This document shows, piece after piece, positions 29,667-44,730 of a DNA stretch of 64,000 nt. Numbering within the stretch: the first letter of the stretch is position 1; each line of letters begins with the position of its first letter. Source of the stretch: Chrysomallon squamiferum (taxonomy: Eukaryota > Animalia > Mollusca). The notes below the pieces were generated by a model. The model did no database searches. It was given only the letters and a program-made list of their open reading frames with translations, and was not told where the DNA came from. The stretch is from the NCBI GenBank assembly GCA_012295275.1, contig CM022675.1, forward strand, positions 4,836,001 to 4,900,000, given 5' to 3'. The position numbers were made by a program, and so were the translations under genes.

Positions 29667-29732
<66 letters not shown>

Positions 29733-31412
29733 CTTAATTTACAAATAAATATATATGATCTGTGAGAAATATGTCACTGATAATACTGGTTTGACATGAC
29801 GGTCACTCTGTTAGTAAAAGTTTGTTGTTTGTAGTAATCAACTAACTGACACCTCTGTGTTTACTTACTGATGGACCCAGTCTGGTAAGCCTCAAAAGCA
29901 AACATGACCAATAGATGAAACATCAAGAGCAATTGTCTCACAAAAGCAGCAGAAATAAAATAAGTTTCACAGTTGTGTGTCGGTCCTTTAGAGAGATCGT
30001 CACTCTCTGAAACTGATTTCACTGAATGGAATTAGTTAGTACATCTTGAAATGGACCTGAATTTATTTTGTGTAAAAAGATAAAAAAAAAAGATGTAAAT
30101 CTGGGTTCTTGAAAATCAGCGTTAAAAATGTTCAAATGTTGACTGAAATGTCAAACACTCGACCCCCCCCCCCCTTCCCGCACCAGTAGCGCTTCTTTTG
30201 ACAAGTACTTTTCACGTTTATCTTTTGGGATGTAAATTAACTTTGAATTAATTAATTTCTCTGTTGCAGTAGAAATGTAAAACAAAAATAAACTGATATC
30301 AGAGTTGTCTTCTCTTGGTGTTAATCAGTGACGTCTTTTTTCAACAGCACATTTCTATAATCTGTATTCTAATGTTTAGCAATGTCTGAACAATTATTCT
30401 TGTATAAAATCCTCCAACTACAAATGCAAATCCAAATTTGTTTCTGAAATAAAATGTTTTCTCCGAACTCTGGAACATAACATAACCAGGATTCAGACTG
30501 AGACTCTGTTAGTAAGAAATTTTTGTTTCATTCAGAATATATTACAAAATGAAAAGTAACATAACACAAATAAACATGAACACACATCTAGAAAGACACG
30601 TGCGTGTGCGTGTGTATGTGTGTGTCTGTGTATGTGCGTGTCTTCGTGTTGTTACGTCAGTTAAATAGTCAAAAAGCTATGAATGTGTTTATGTTTAATT
30701 TCTTTTGGTGATGTTTACACACAGTTGCTGTTTTGAGGAAATCTGTAACTTGAAATACTCGATTTGAAACGATATTGTCTCTGGAAAATAGTTAACAGTC
30801 TTAACAGAAATTTTTCATAAAGTTTTCCTGCTACTTTCGGTTGACAAAACCTTCTATACTGGACAAAGATATGAAACTAAGATATTTAATTTGTGTTTGG
30901 TCGAGGCTGTTTATATGAAGAAAACTCGTAGACAAAACCTCGAGAACGTAACAAGTAAAGTATGAACGATGTTCGTGATACTAGTTCGGAAAACCATACA
31001 AAACAGACTTCCAGTACGAAACGGAAAACAACAACAATAAAAGCAAAGACAAAATAATATTAATAATAATAATAATATAACAAAACAAAAAAGTAACTGT
31101 TAACGTGGATTTTAGAAAACACTTCCTTCAAGCGACAAATTTTGCATCAGTGCAAATTAATACCAAAACTCTTAGTATAAGAAGAGATCTCCCATAACTC
31201 AGGAACAAGGTGAAAAATAAATCGCACTGACAAAAAGATTATTTAGATATTGGGATAAAATAGAAACACAACATATAACGGTCAAAAGAATAATACAAAT
31301 AATGCAAACAATAAAAACACTACGAGACATTATTAACATGGGACTTAAAAAATAATAATAATAATAAGAACCAAAAAACAAGCTGTTAGGAAACATAGAA
31401 CTACGGATTATG

Positions 31413-31451
<39 letters not shown>

Positions 31452-31922
31452 TATAGGATGAAACATTGCTAATATATAAAACAACAACAACAACAACAAC
31501 AACAACAAATATAACAAAATAAAAAATAATAAAAGAAACTCTGGTCTGAGACCCTGTTAACATAGGTTAAAAAAAACACTTCCTAGCAGAAACAAATTTT
31601 GCATCAAAATATCGATCGAGTTACTAGTGAGATTCTTTTCAATACAAATTTTCCAGAACAAAATAAACAGATCAGCTGCTTTTAGAAACGTTGTTGCTGT
31701 TGTCCGAATCGTTGTGGACGTTATCAAATATTTCTGATTTCCTAGTGGGAATTAGATTGTTAGACGAGGCAGTATGTCTGCACAGACTGGGGACTGGTGA
31801 AGCCGACGTAGCAGTATCAAGCGATGTCGTAGTTTCACCGTCAGATTGGTTAAGATAGCTGACTATAAGGTTCTGATGTTGTTGTTGATGTTGCAGGGTT
31901 TCTGTCTATGGTGTTGTAGTCT

Positions 31923-33147
31923 TCAAATAATCGAGGTGGATGTAGGCGTCAGATAGTCGTCTTTTGGTTTGCTTGTGCTGTCGTAGGCGCTGTCTTTGTC
32001 GAAACCAAGCTGGCTGTAGACATGAGACGTAGTTGTTACCTTTTCCTTATCATAGGTGTCATAGTCACCGTTGTCGTCCTCAGCAAGGTTGTTGTAGATG
32101 TTAGATGTACGAGTTGTCGTATTTGTTGTGTCTGTGTTGTTGTAGTCTCCGTCATGGCTGCATGAGAGATGATTGTCCACTTCAGACGTTGTAGTAGTAG
32201 CTGTCTTGATATCCGCTGTGTCGTAGTTTCCAGTAGATCTGTTAATGGGAAGTGCTTTAACATCTGCGATGTCGTAGTAGTTATCATTTCTGTTTTTCAC
32301 GTTGACAGTAACTCCGTTTGGGACGTTGTAGTAAACACTGTGGTTTCTTTGGTTTTCTGATTCAAATTCATAATCTGCCGACGTCGATGTCGTTGTTACA
32401 TCAACACTCGAATTTGTGTGATCTCGTTTTAAATATTCAGCAGAGCTGATTTCATTGCTTCTTTTGTTAAAATTTATTCTTGATTCTGGTAACATCTGAG
32501 GTTTAAAACAAAATCGACGTTTTCTGAAAAATGAGGACATTATTTAAATTTAAATACTAAGTTAGTTTTGTTATAAGATTTGCTGTCGTGACGACTCTGA
32601 TAATTCGAAGAAAAAACTATTTTACATTTCAAATTAAACTGACGTTAACTCAGAAGAATAACAATAAAATCTGTAGATGTTTTTTCTTTCATTCATATTT
32701 TTATTTCACCATGTTTTTATTTTGTTTTAGCATTTCTAACCAATATGATAAAGAACACATAATTTTTCTTTCTTTTTCCATTCATTCATTCGTTTTTCCT
32801 TCTCTATTTTTTTCATATGTAATCCTTTTTTCCCCTGCTTTTCTGCTTCATGAATTTAATAATTTTCTTTAATAATTTTGTCCAAACTACGATGACACTG
32901 ACGACCAACACCACTACAGCAACAGCGACACCACCACCAACATATCCTGAAAATAATTACATAATGACACTGATTTTAATCTAAGAACAATTAACTATGT
33001 AAATGTTTTTTTATTCGTTTATTTATTTAATTAGTTGGTTAGTTATTTTTTGTCACTTATTATCGAAATATTCTTTGTAAATTATTTTTCCATTTTTCAC
33101 ATGAAATTTGCTAAGTCAAAAGAAAAAAGAGATAGTTACAAAGAATA

Positions 33148-33221
<74 letters not shown>

Positions 33222-33744
33222 ATTAAATTTAAGAAGATTAGCAGAATAAATCTAGTAAATAAACAAAAAGCTAGTAGAATAAAGTTAGTAAATTAAAAAC
33301 AAGTGAACTAATTCTTGTAAATTAAATAAGTCATCTAGCACAGACAAACAGGTATAGAAAGAAAGAAAACAAACTATTAAAACAAAATAGTAAAATTAAA
33401 ACTAACTTGACTTTTTTGATGGAAGTTGTATGTCAGCGGATTGTTTTGTTGGAATTATCGCCCCTGATCTTGCTGGTTCAGAAGTACTAGAAAATGATGG
33501 ATTGGAGAAAAGCATGGAAGTTGACAATTTTGGCGTAGTAGCTGGGGGTTTTGGGGGGTTCTGGCTCGCAGTTGTTGTCACTGATGTGGACGTTGATATT
33601 GGTGCAGTTACATTATCTGTAAATATATCAAAGATTATCTCGAAAAGCCATTAGATTTTTTTCATAAAAACTTTTTAAAGACATCTTTTAGCCTTATTAT
33701 TATAATTATAATTATTATTATTATTATTATTATTATTATTGTTG

Positions 33745-33818
<74 letters not shown>

Positions 33819-34138
33819 TTAAATTATAGACAGATGATGCTGAAATGGAAAAATATGTTAATTAGGACATGCATAATACATACCTACATATATACATAAC
33901 AATATTTAAAAAAATGCACACACGTATTTATTACTGGTAGTTTATACTCACATTTCTGACAAAGAGTCTGAAGTTTTGTGTGTGGAGAGTAATAATAATA
34001 ATCATTTAATTCATCATCTGTACTCTGAACAAACCAAACTAAACTTCTAAGAAACTTCCTGTTGTCAGAAAAATGTTTCAAGTACCACAGCTCATTTCCT
34101 GAACAATAAGCAAATAAATGAATAGAATTAAACAAAGC

Positions 34139-34186
<48 letters not shown>

Positions 34187-36792
34187 GTAGACAAATACAT
34201 AAATACACTAGATAGATAGATAAAAAAATATTTGAGTATGCAAATTAAATAAAATGGAATAAAACAAAAACGTGAAATAAAATAAATAAATAAGTCTAAA
34301 GATTCTAAAGATACCGTTAATCGACCTCCATTTAACTTCTCTGTGAAGTCCAATCCAGTATGATCGCTTCTGTCTTTCTGGTTTTGCTAAAAGTATTTTC
34401 ATAGCTGAGAGTGTATTGTCCGTTAGCTTAGATAAATCGATCCGATAATCCGCATTATTCCATGTCATCTTGTTCTTTAGTGAAATACATATCACAGATG
34501 TGCAAAGTGAACTTTCGATCCACCATTGAAGAAGTGATGCTAATGCGTTCATCTCTAAGAGAAACAGTAAAAAATAAGTAAATAATAAAAATAAAAATAA
34601 AATAAAATAAAGTTTAAAAAATACGAAAATAAATAAATAAATAATTAGAAAAATTCAACAGGAACAAAAAAATAATAAATAAAATAAATATATAAATAAA
34701 TAAATAAGAAAGAACAAAGCCAACATGTATTGTAAACTTTAACTGATCGTTTATTTGTTTAATCACTTCATTACTTACTACTTACTCCTGCTCTTGGTAC
34801 TACTACTATTACTAATACTACTTCTACCTTTACTTTTGATACTTCAACTAATTTTCCTTTTGTTATTATTATTATTATTATTAATCATTCATTCATTCAT
34901 TCATTACTTTAATTATAGTCATTGTAACTAAAAATACTGACTCATCTATTTTAAAATAAAATGACCTGTATACATTACGTATGCTCTGTAGCTGTCACAG
35001 TTTTGAAAACCAATTGTAAAACTGTCAGAATTGAGCTTGATGTAGCCGCAGCGCTTGATTCCGTCAGCGCTGTCGTCGATTTGAACTGAAGACGGAAGAT
35101 CTGTAATGAAGTAATTTATATATTGTTATAATGATCACTATATCGATGCATATTGATTCCAGACTCCATACATTCATTCATTTATTGATCTGTTCGTCAT
35201 TTCGGCCATTCGTTCATTCATTTTTTCATTCGCTCGTACTTTTATACATTCCTATATTCGTTTGTTTATTCATTCAAAATCACAAACTTTAAACTTCATC
35301 TACTGACGAAACTACAAATCCAAAAAAGAAAATAAAAGAAAAAAATATATTAAAATTATTAGTGTCACCTATTCTATAAATAGAAATTGTATAAAAAGAA
35401 AATAAATGACAGACAAACAAACAGACAAACTTACTTGTAGACCCACAGTATCAGAAGAAGCTCTACACTTGATGAAACAAGAGAATGCGCTGTTATCTTG
35501 TAACGTGTAATCACTTGTAAGTTCAGTTGTATCTGTTTCTCCTTTGTGTTGAAATAACGGTTCATTTGTCTCTGAGAAAGTGACAACAATTTAAAACAGT
35601 ATTCTGTTACTGAACTGAGATTTATAAACACAAAATGAAATCAGTAAACTATACCTACCAGTCCACATCCAAGGTGTGTACGTCTCAAAAGCTCCTACCC
35701 AGTAGTCTCTGTCTTCTTCCATTACAGAATAAAGTTTGTTTTCGTCTAAACTAGAATGATCAACAACGAGTCTGCCTCCTGCCTCCTCACAGCCAGAATA
35801 CGCTGCCTCCCACCAAGTTTGTTTTTTATCCAGTGTAAAATATTCTTCTAACATTTCTTCTTGTTTTCTGTCAGACCACGGACCTGTGTCAATTTATTAA
35901 TAATTATCTTAATTATTTATTTTGAAATATGTTGTAGAAATTTATAAATATTACATTTTTATGTTATGGTGCGTGTGAGGCATACTGTAACATGTAATAT
36001 TGCTATTTTATTAATATTTATCATAATTAATATGTTGTTTAATGTTCTAGGAATATATAAATATAATTTGTTTAAGCTTTTTTGTTGTGTTTTTTTGTTA
36101 TGTTATACTGTGATATATAATATTGCTATGTTGTTATTATTGTAATGGTAGGCTACGTTATGTAACAAGTGTTAATTAAGTTTTATTAAGCTATTTTATG
36201 TCACTGTTCGTTTATAGTAAATATTTTATTTTTAAAAGGTATTATATTTTAACCTGCTAGTTTATACTATTATGTAATGTTTTACCTATTGTATTAAGAC
36301 ATGATATCTCAAGTGGAAACTCCCATTTGTTGTTACGCAATGCAGTTATTTCATTAACATCACTATCAGTATTGTTGATCTTGATGTTGTTACTGATATT
36401 ATTAGTGTTGTTCTCGTTCCTGTTATTACTGTTGTTGTATTGTCGATGTTCGAGTTGTTTTTGTTGTTGTTATTATTTTTATTATTAACTGCGATGCGAC
36501 AATTTCATGTTAAACATTCATTGGACGCTATTTTGAAAAAATTCTGCTTCTGTACCTTAAAATATAATCGCATATATACAACAAATCATAATTCAAAAAT
36601 TCTCATTAATGAATAAATAAAAGTTAAATAAAATTAAAAATGTTGAGTTACATCCCCTTGCCCTACGGTTATTTGAAAAGACTTGAAGTACAATGTACAG
36701 ATTTAAATAAATAAAAAAAACTTACTTAGTCTTTCTGCACCTGTAACCTGATTGTAGACAGTTAATATAATCACTGCTGTTACTAAATTCAT
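31923..36792 (-). CDS. Receptor copy D; exon 4 mostly deleted and TM-exon donor lost (rearranged gene or pseudogene)
   Basis: E1 36792-36726; E2 35883-35659; E3 35571-35435; E4 remnant ~35389-35369; E5 35100-34966; E6 34554-34315 ..MTWNNADY..YWIGLHREVKWRSIN; E7 34098-33952; E8 33616-33407; E9 starts at 32946 and reads through to TGA at 32815-32813; E10 32523-31923 is still open. Confidence 0.65.
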
Positions 36793-37141
36793 TATTTCTT
36801 TTTGTTTTCTTCTCTTTATTTTTATTTACGAAACTATTACACAAGACGATACAAAAACAGGTTGGTTTAAACCAGCAAGGTTGTGGATATTAATAGAAAG
36901 AAAGGATAAGGTCACGAGGTAAAACTTGTCAACTGAAACGTTCAGCCCAGACAGCTAGCAGCCTCACAATAAAAGTTCATGAGTGAATGGGTACTTAGGT
37001 TACAGAATACACTGTTTGTAATGTTGTGTTAGTATAGTTAGAAGTGATGCGTTCATTTTGCTAGTGTAAGTTGTATGATATACACAAATACATAAAATCA
37101 AACATACATGCTTAATGCATATATACAGAAATACATAACTA

Positions 37142-37508
37142 CAGGGTGGTCCAAAGATAGGGGACAGTATGTGGGTTAGGGTTATAGTTATATTATTACA
37201 ATGGTGTTCATTGTAACTATGGTATTTGTGCTACATTTATTTAAACTACAATTGTTTAAATTTAATCTGTTTTCGTTTCCATAATATAGAGAACCCTTAA
37301 TGGAAAATAATTTAAATACAGATGAAAGAAAATGTGTGTTAAAAGAGTATTGAAAAGTTCAAAATGCTCAAAATGCGTTGGGTTTTGTATTATTGTACAC
37401 AATATAATTTAATTGTCAGTGTAATAATCGTATTAGTAAATATAATTGCATATGTAATCTCAAAATAAATGTTATCATTTACTGTCCCCCTACTTTTGGA
37501 CCATCCTG
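37142..37508 (+). mobile_element. Internally deleted Tc1/mariner-type DNA transposon (MITE-like)
   Basis: ~28-bp TIRs TA|CAGGGTGGTCCAAAGATAGGGGACAGTA and TACTGTCCCCCTACTTTTGGACCATCCTG. Internal remnant MENNLNTDERKCVLKEY*K (from 37300) resembles a transposase HTH N-terminus. Absent from paralogous promoters. Confidence 0.75.
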
Positions 37509-39855
37509 GATATACATGCATCTACGCACAAGCTAATTTTCAAATAATCGCCTATACCGAGCCTATTTTTATATACACACCCATTCCTAGCTTATTTTTA
37601 GAACCAAACCTATTTCCAGCTAATTCTTAGGTACATACGTATTCCAATTTTTTTCATATACACGTATTTACACTTATTTTTATCTACACGCGTTCTTACC
37701 TGTTTTCGTGAACATCTGTTCACAGCTAATGTTCAGTATGACCACGTAAGATTACAGAGAGAATAGACAATATTAGATTAAAAATCAGTGTCTACTTCAG
37801 CTCTTTGCAGAGCTGATAAATACGATACATTTTTTATCTTTCTGGTTCTAATGACATAGTAAGTGTCTATTTTTAAGAAATGAAAAAAACTGACCTGTCT
37901 CATCTATTTAAAAACATACAATTTTAAGTTTGTAAATTTCAAGCATTGGTGTATATTTTTACTGGTTATAAAAGTATAATTTCGAAGATCTAAAATGAAA
38001 TATAAATAATGGAAAGCAGTTGTTTTCTTACAGAATGATTTTGAAACATAAAAATCTGTGTGGGGTATTACCTGGGACAGAGATTACACAAGTAGTATCT
38101 CAGTTTTATAACACTCAGTCATACAGAGAATGTTAATACTAATTAAACAAACAGCTGTAATTAATTTAGATCATCTTCACAGTTAGCTACGTTCTACCTA
38201 TAATGTAATTTATATATTTTAGATCACGTGATTGCGCAACAGTCTCGAGATCGCGCAATCATCTCCTGCGCTGTTTTGTGATGTGAGCTTGGCACGTAGA
38301 TTTAACGTACTGAACTGAACTATGAGAGCAGCTGTAAACATCACTTCGAAAAGATGCAGAGTGCTGTCAAATGGAATGCCACACTTGCCATTAGTACTGA
38401 AACTGAAGTTCTAATATGTATATTAATACGTGTGTGTCTGTGTGTGTGTGTGTTTGTGTGTGTTAAAATTCACTTTGTCTATTTATTTTGTGATAGAGAT
38501 GTAAAACAAAAATAAACTGATATCACAGTTGTCTTCTCTTGGTGTTAATCAGTGACGTCTTTTTTGAACAGCACATTTCTAGAACCTGTGTTCTAATGTT
38601 TAGCAATGTCTGAACACCTGTTAAAATGCAAATACAAAATAATTTTTCCGAACTCGGGAATTTAACATAACTTGGATTCAGACTAACACTGTGTAAGACA
38701 TTTTTATTAATTCAGAATTTATTAAAATGTGAAATGAAAAATAATATACATCTAGAAAGGCATGGCTGTTTTTGGTTCTCGGTGAGTGTATATGAGTGTG
38801 TATGTGTGTGTTTCTGCGTGTGTGTCTGTGTGTGTGAGTGTATGTGTGTTTATGTGTGTGTGTGTGTGTCTTTGTGTGTGTCTGATTATGTGTGTGTGTG
38901 TCTGTGTGTGTGAATGTGTGTGTGTCTGTGTGTGTCTGATTATGTGTGTGTGTGTCTCATCATGTGTGTGTGCAGTCATGTCTGTGAAATTGTTTATTTT
39001 ATTTGGTGTCATTTTAAAACGGGCTTCAAGGGTCGTGACGTTACACGTGGTTCAGCAAACAAAACAAACATGACGTGTCTCAGTTGTGTGGTTTCTTTGA
39101 GCTTCAACTCCAAAATTGTTTTAGAAGAAAATTTCATGTAGACAGTGATGTATTTTTCAAACTAACTGGAAAATAGTTAAGAGATTTACAGAAAGTTTTA
39201 ATAAAGGTTTTCTACTACCTTCGGGTGAGGTTACCATTTATACTGGACAAAGAAATGAAACTAAGATATTTAATTTGTGTTTGGACGAGGCTGTTTATAT
39301 GAAGAAAACTCGAAGACAAAACCTCGTGAACGTAACAAGTAGTGTATGAACGATGTTCGTGATACTAGTCCGAAAAACCATACAAAATGGCCGCTGTTCC
39401 AAAGTATTTCAACTGAGATTAAACTTTTTCTTCACACTGCAAAGTAATACTCCTCCAATAAACACAAAAATAAGACTTCAAACAGAACAAAAGAAAAAGA
39501 AAAAAAAAAGAAAATGAAAAAGGTGGTATGAGACTGTTTATTTCAGAAAACACTTCCTTCAAGCGACAAATTTTGCATCAGTGCAGATTAATACTAAAAA
39601 TGTTAGTATAAGAACAGTATTCCCATAACTCAGGAATAAGGTGAAAAATAAATCGCACTGACGAAAAGAACATTTAGATATTGGGATAAAGTACAAATAC
39701 AACATATAACGGTGAAAAGAAAAATACTAATAATGCAAACAATAAAAACACTATGAGACACTATTAACATCGGGTTTTTAAAAAAAATGATGATAATAAC
39801 AACCAAAAAACAAGCTGTTAGGAAACACTGAACTAGGGTTTAAAATAATAATAAC

Positions 39856-39924
<69 letters not shown>

Positions 39925-40425
39925 AATAAGGATAATAATAATATTATATAGTATGAAGCACTGCTAATATAAAAAATAAAATAACAACAACAACAACAAC
40001 AACAACAAAAATAAAACGAATGAAAAATTAATAAAAAAAACTCTGGTTTGAAACTTTGATAACATAGGTTTAAAAAAACCCACTTCCCACCAAAAACAAA
40101 TTTTGCATCAAAATATCGATCGAGTTACTAGTGAGATTGTTTTCAATACAAATTTTCCAGAACAAAATAAACAGATCAGCTGCTTTTAGAAACGTTGTTG
40201 TTGTTGTCGGAATCGTCGTGGATGTTATCTAATATTTCTGATTTCCTTGTGGGAATTAGATTGTTAGGCGAGGCAGTCTGTCTGCACAGACTGGGGACTG
40301 GTAAAGCTGACGTAGCAGTATCAAGCGATGTCGTAGTTTGACAGTCAGGTTGGTTGAGATGGCTGGCTATAAGGTTCTGATGTTGTTGTTGATGTTGCAG
40401 GTTTTCTGTCCATGGTTTGTAGTCT

Positions 40426-43400
40426 TCATATAATTGAGGTGGATGTAGGCGTCAGATAGTCGTCTTTTTTATTGCTTGAGCTGTCGTAGGCGCTATCATT
40501 GTCGAAACCAAGCTGGCTGTAGACACGAGACGTAGTTGTTACCATTTCCTTATCGTAGCTGTCATAGTCACTGTTGTCGTTCCTAGCAAGGTTGTTGTAG
40601 ATGTTAGATGTACGAGTTGTTGTATTTGTTGTGTCTATGTTGTTGTAGTCTCCGTCATGGCTGCCTGAGAGATGATTGTCCACTTCAGACGTTGTAGTAG
40701 TAGCTGTCTTGATATTCGCTGTGTCGTAGTCTCCAGCAGATCTGTTATTGGCAAGAGCTTTAACAACTGCGATGTCGTAGTCGTTATCATTTCTGTTTTC
40801 CACGTTGACTGTAACTCCGCTAGGGACGTTGCAGTAAACACTGTGGTTTCCTTGATTTTCTGATTCACATTTATGATCTGTCGACGTCGATGTCGTTGTT
40901 ACCTCAAAACTCGAATTTGTGTGACCAGGTTGTAAATCTTCAGCAGAGCTGATTTCATTGTTTCTTTTGTTAAAATTAATTCTTGATTCTGGTAACTTCT
41001 GAGAATTAAAACAAAATCGACGTGTTCTGAAAAATGAAGATATTATTTAAATTTAAACTGAAATCCTAAATTATTTTTATTATACGAGTTTCTGTCGTGA
41101 CGACTCTGATAATTCAAAGGAAAAACTATTTTACATTTCATATTAAACTGACGTTAACTGAGAAGAATAACAGTGAAATACGTAGATTCTTTTTTACTTT
41201 CACTCATATTTTTTCTGTCTTTTACTTTGTTTCATACTTTTCTTTCTTTCATTCATATCTTTCTCATTCTTTCATACCTTTTTTCTTTCGTTTATTCATG
41301 TCTTTCTTTTTTTGGTCTTTCTTGTCTTTCTATCTTTCATTCATATATATCTTTTTCTTTCGTTCATATCTTTCTTTCTCTATTCTTTCTTTTGCTTTAG
41401 CTTTTGTAACAAACATAATCAAGAACACATAACTTTTCTTTCTTTTTCATTCATTCATTGTTTTTCCTTCCCTATTTTTTCTTTCATATTTCATGCTATT
41501 TGTTTTCTGTGTTTCTGTTTAATCAATCTCATTATTTTATTTAATGATTGAGTACAGAAAATCCTCACCGTTTAGTCCAAACTACAACGACAACAATGAA
41601 GACCAACACTGCTACAGCAGCAGCGACACCACCACCAACATATGCTGAAAATAATCATATAATAACTTTGATTTTAATCTAAGTACAGTTAACTATGTAA
41701 ATGTTTGTATGTATGCATGTATGCACGTATGTATGTATGTTGTATGTATGTATGTATGTATGTATGTATGTATGTATGTATGTATGTATGTATATGTATA
41801 TATTTTATTTTTATTATTTTGTTCACTTATTACTGAAATCATTTTAGTAATTTTAACACAGATATAACGCATTATTTGCCCTATTTTCAATTTAAATTAT
41901 ATCAAATAAATCACTAAGTTAAGAAAAAAGGGGAAAAAAGAATAATTAAAAGAATGAAAATATATTTAATTAATTTTAATAAGATTAGCAGAATAAATCT
42001 AGTAAATTAACACAAAGCTAGCAAAGCAGAGTTAGTAAATTAAAATAATCCTTGTAAATTAAATAAGTCATCTAGCACAGAGAAACTGGGTATAAAAATA
42101 AAAATAAATAAACTTAATTAATTTAAACAAATCTAGTAAATGAATACTAGTCATAAAATCAATAAAATAAATTTAGGGTATTAAAAGTAGTAAATCAATC
42201 TAGTAAATTAAAATTAAGAATTAAATTTAGCAAAAGTAGTAAATAAATCTAGTAAATAAAAACTAGAAAATTAAATCTAATAAACTGAAACAAGTAAATA
42301 AATAAATCATGAAATAAATAAATCAATAAAATCTAGTAAAATGCGTGTAGTAAATTAAATTTAGTTACATAAATGTGTTAAACACAACAGTAAAATTAAA
42401 ACTAACCTGACTTGTTTGATGGATGTTCTGTCTCACCGGATTGTTCTGTTGGAATTATCTCCCCTGGTGTAGTTACATTATCTGTAAATATACAAAATAT
42501 TGACTCTAGAAGACGTTATTTTTTTTTTATCAAAAAAGTTTGTATGTCTTCTTTTAACTTTATTATTAGTATTATTAGTATTAGTATTATTATTAGTAGT
42601 AATAGCAGTAGGAGTAGCAGTAGAGGTAATAGTAGTAGTACTAGTATTATAAATTATCGATAACTGGTTTTGAAATTAAAAGATTTATTATTTCATATCA
42701 TACATACAAACATACATACATACATACATACATACATACATACATACATACATAGATACATACATAATGCACACACATATATGATATAATACATGAATAC
42801 TACATACAGTTATATATAAAAACAATTTTACCGTGTTGTTTTATACTTACATTTCTGACAAATAGCTGGATTGTTTTGGTCTGATTTGTAATTGTAATAT
42901 AATTTGTTATTTTTTCTTAACCAGATCAACGTTTTAAGATCACCTTCTGAAACTGGTTTAACAAAACGACACCTTACTACCTGCAAGATTTAAAACAAGT
43001 GTGTTAGAATTTTGTTTTACACAGAGGAAAAACTAACAATAAATACTGAATACCTATTCTTTGTCGCTTTCAGTAGCAACACGAACTTCAATTAAATAAA
43101 GATTATCACAAACATGAAAAAGATAAATATAACAAACACACAAAGAATAAAACACATTCTTCCACACAAACAAACACAACACAAGATGTATACACATTTC
43201 CGACTACAATTTACCATCAATCCACAGCAGTTTGACATCTCTGTGGCGTCCAATCCAGTAGTAAAGATTTGTTTGTAGCAGATTCTGCAGTGATGAGACT
43301 GTACTGCTGCTTACTTTAAACATGTCAAAATGACTGTTTGCATAGTTCCATGACATCCTCCGCCATGTAATACAAGTTTTGGAATTCCAGCAGTCTAAAA

Positions 43401-43476
43401 ACAGATAATGAATATGATGTTGCAATGAAGGAAGATTTCATTTTATTTCATTTTTGATATTACATCGTTACTTAAC

Positions 43477-43523
<47 letters not shown>

Positions 43524-44218
43524 TAATCATCATCATCATCATTATCATTATCATTATCAGATTACGTATTTATTTATTTATTAGATATTTGAACTTTGTT
43601 AAAACTATTACTTGTATAAAGTGTATATGGTCTGTAGCTGTCACAGTTTTGAAAACCAATTGTAAAATTGTCAGAATTGAACTTGACGTAGCCGCAGCGC
43701 TTGATTCCGTCAGCGCTGTCGTCGATTTGAACTGAAGACGGAAGATCTGCAATGAAGTAATTTATATATTATTATAATTATTACTACATCAGTGCATACT
43801 CAATCTTCATTCGTAAATTCATTCATTCGTTTGTTTATTCATTCAAAATCTCAAAGTTATAAGTTCATCTACTGATGTTAATAAAATACCATAAAAAAGA
43901 TAAATATTTAAAAAATTGTTAACGTTATTAATGTCACCTGTTCTATAAATAGAAATTGCATTTCGTCCTCCGCAGAATTCTTCATATGTCCCTGCACATC
44001 GAACTCGTTTTGTAGTTGACTTCACAGGACTTGCTGTGTCAGAGATTTTACAGTAACACTGCTTTCCCTACAAAACACGAACTAAATAACATTAACAACA
44101 AAAAATTACCAAGAAAAATATGCAAATCAATTTATGGATGTTGTAGTAATATGAACACAGCAACAACAACAACCACAACAACAACAACACCAACAGTAAT
44201 AATTATAATAACAACAAC

Positions 44219-44286
<68 letters not shown>

Positions 44287-44693
44287 GAAGGATATTGGTA
44301 GGGGTAGTTGTAGAAGTCGTAATAGTAGTAGTAGAAAAAGAAGAAGCAGTGGTTGCCGCAGTGACAGTTTAATAGTAGAAGTACACCTGTCTGTGTGTCC
44401 CATTTGTATGTGTGTGATTCAGGTAACATAAAACAAGTATATATTTAACACTTTTTGTTTTAAATTCAGACTTTATCAAGAGAAGAATTTACCAACCTGT
44501 AAACCAATTTTTCTATTACTCGGTTTACATTGCTGGAAACATTTAAAAGCATCATTGTCTTGTATTGAGTATTTACTACTCAAACTCCCAACATCGATAT
44601 CTCCAACGTACTGGAATAATGTTTCATTGGTCTCTGAAAACAAAAATTATAACAATAACAACAGCAATAACAACAAAAATAACAACAAAAACA

Positions 44694-44730
<37 letters not shown>

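Noticed and set aside
35431-35631. Recurrent ORF ..QRQMNRYFNTKEKQIQL..
   Set aside because: Wrong frame of exon 3; the spliced frame gives the WSC cysteine pattern.
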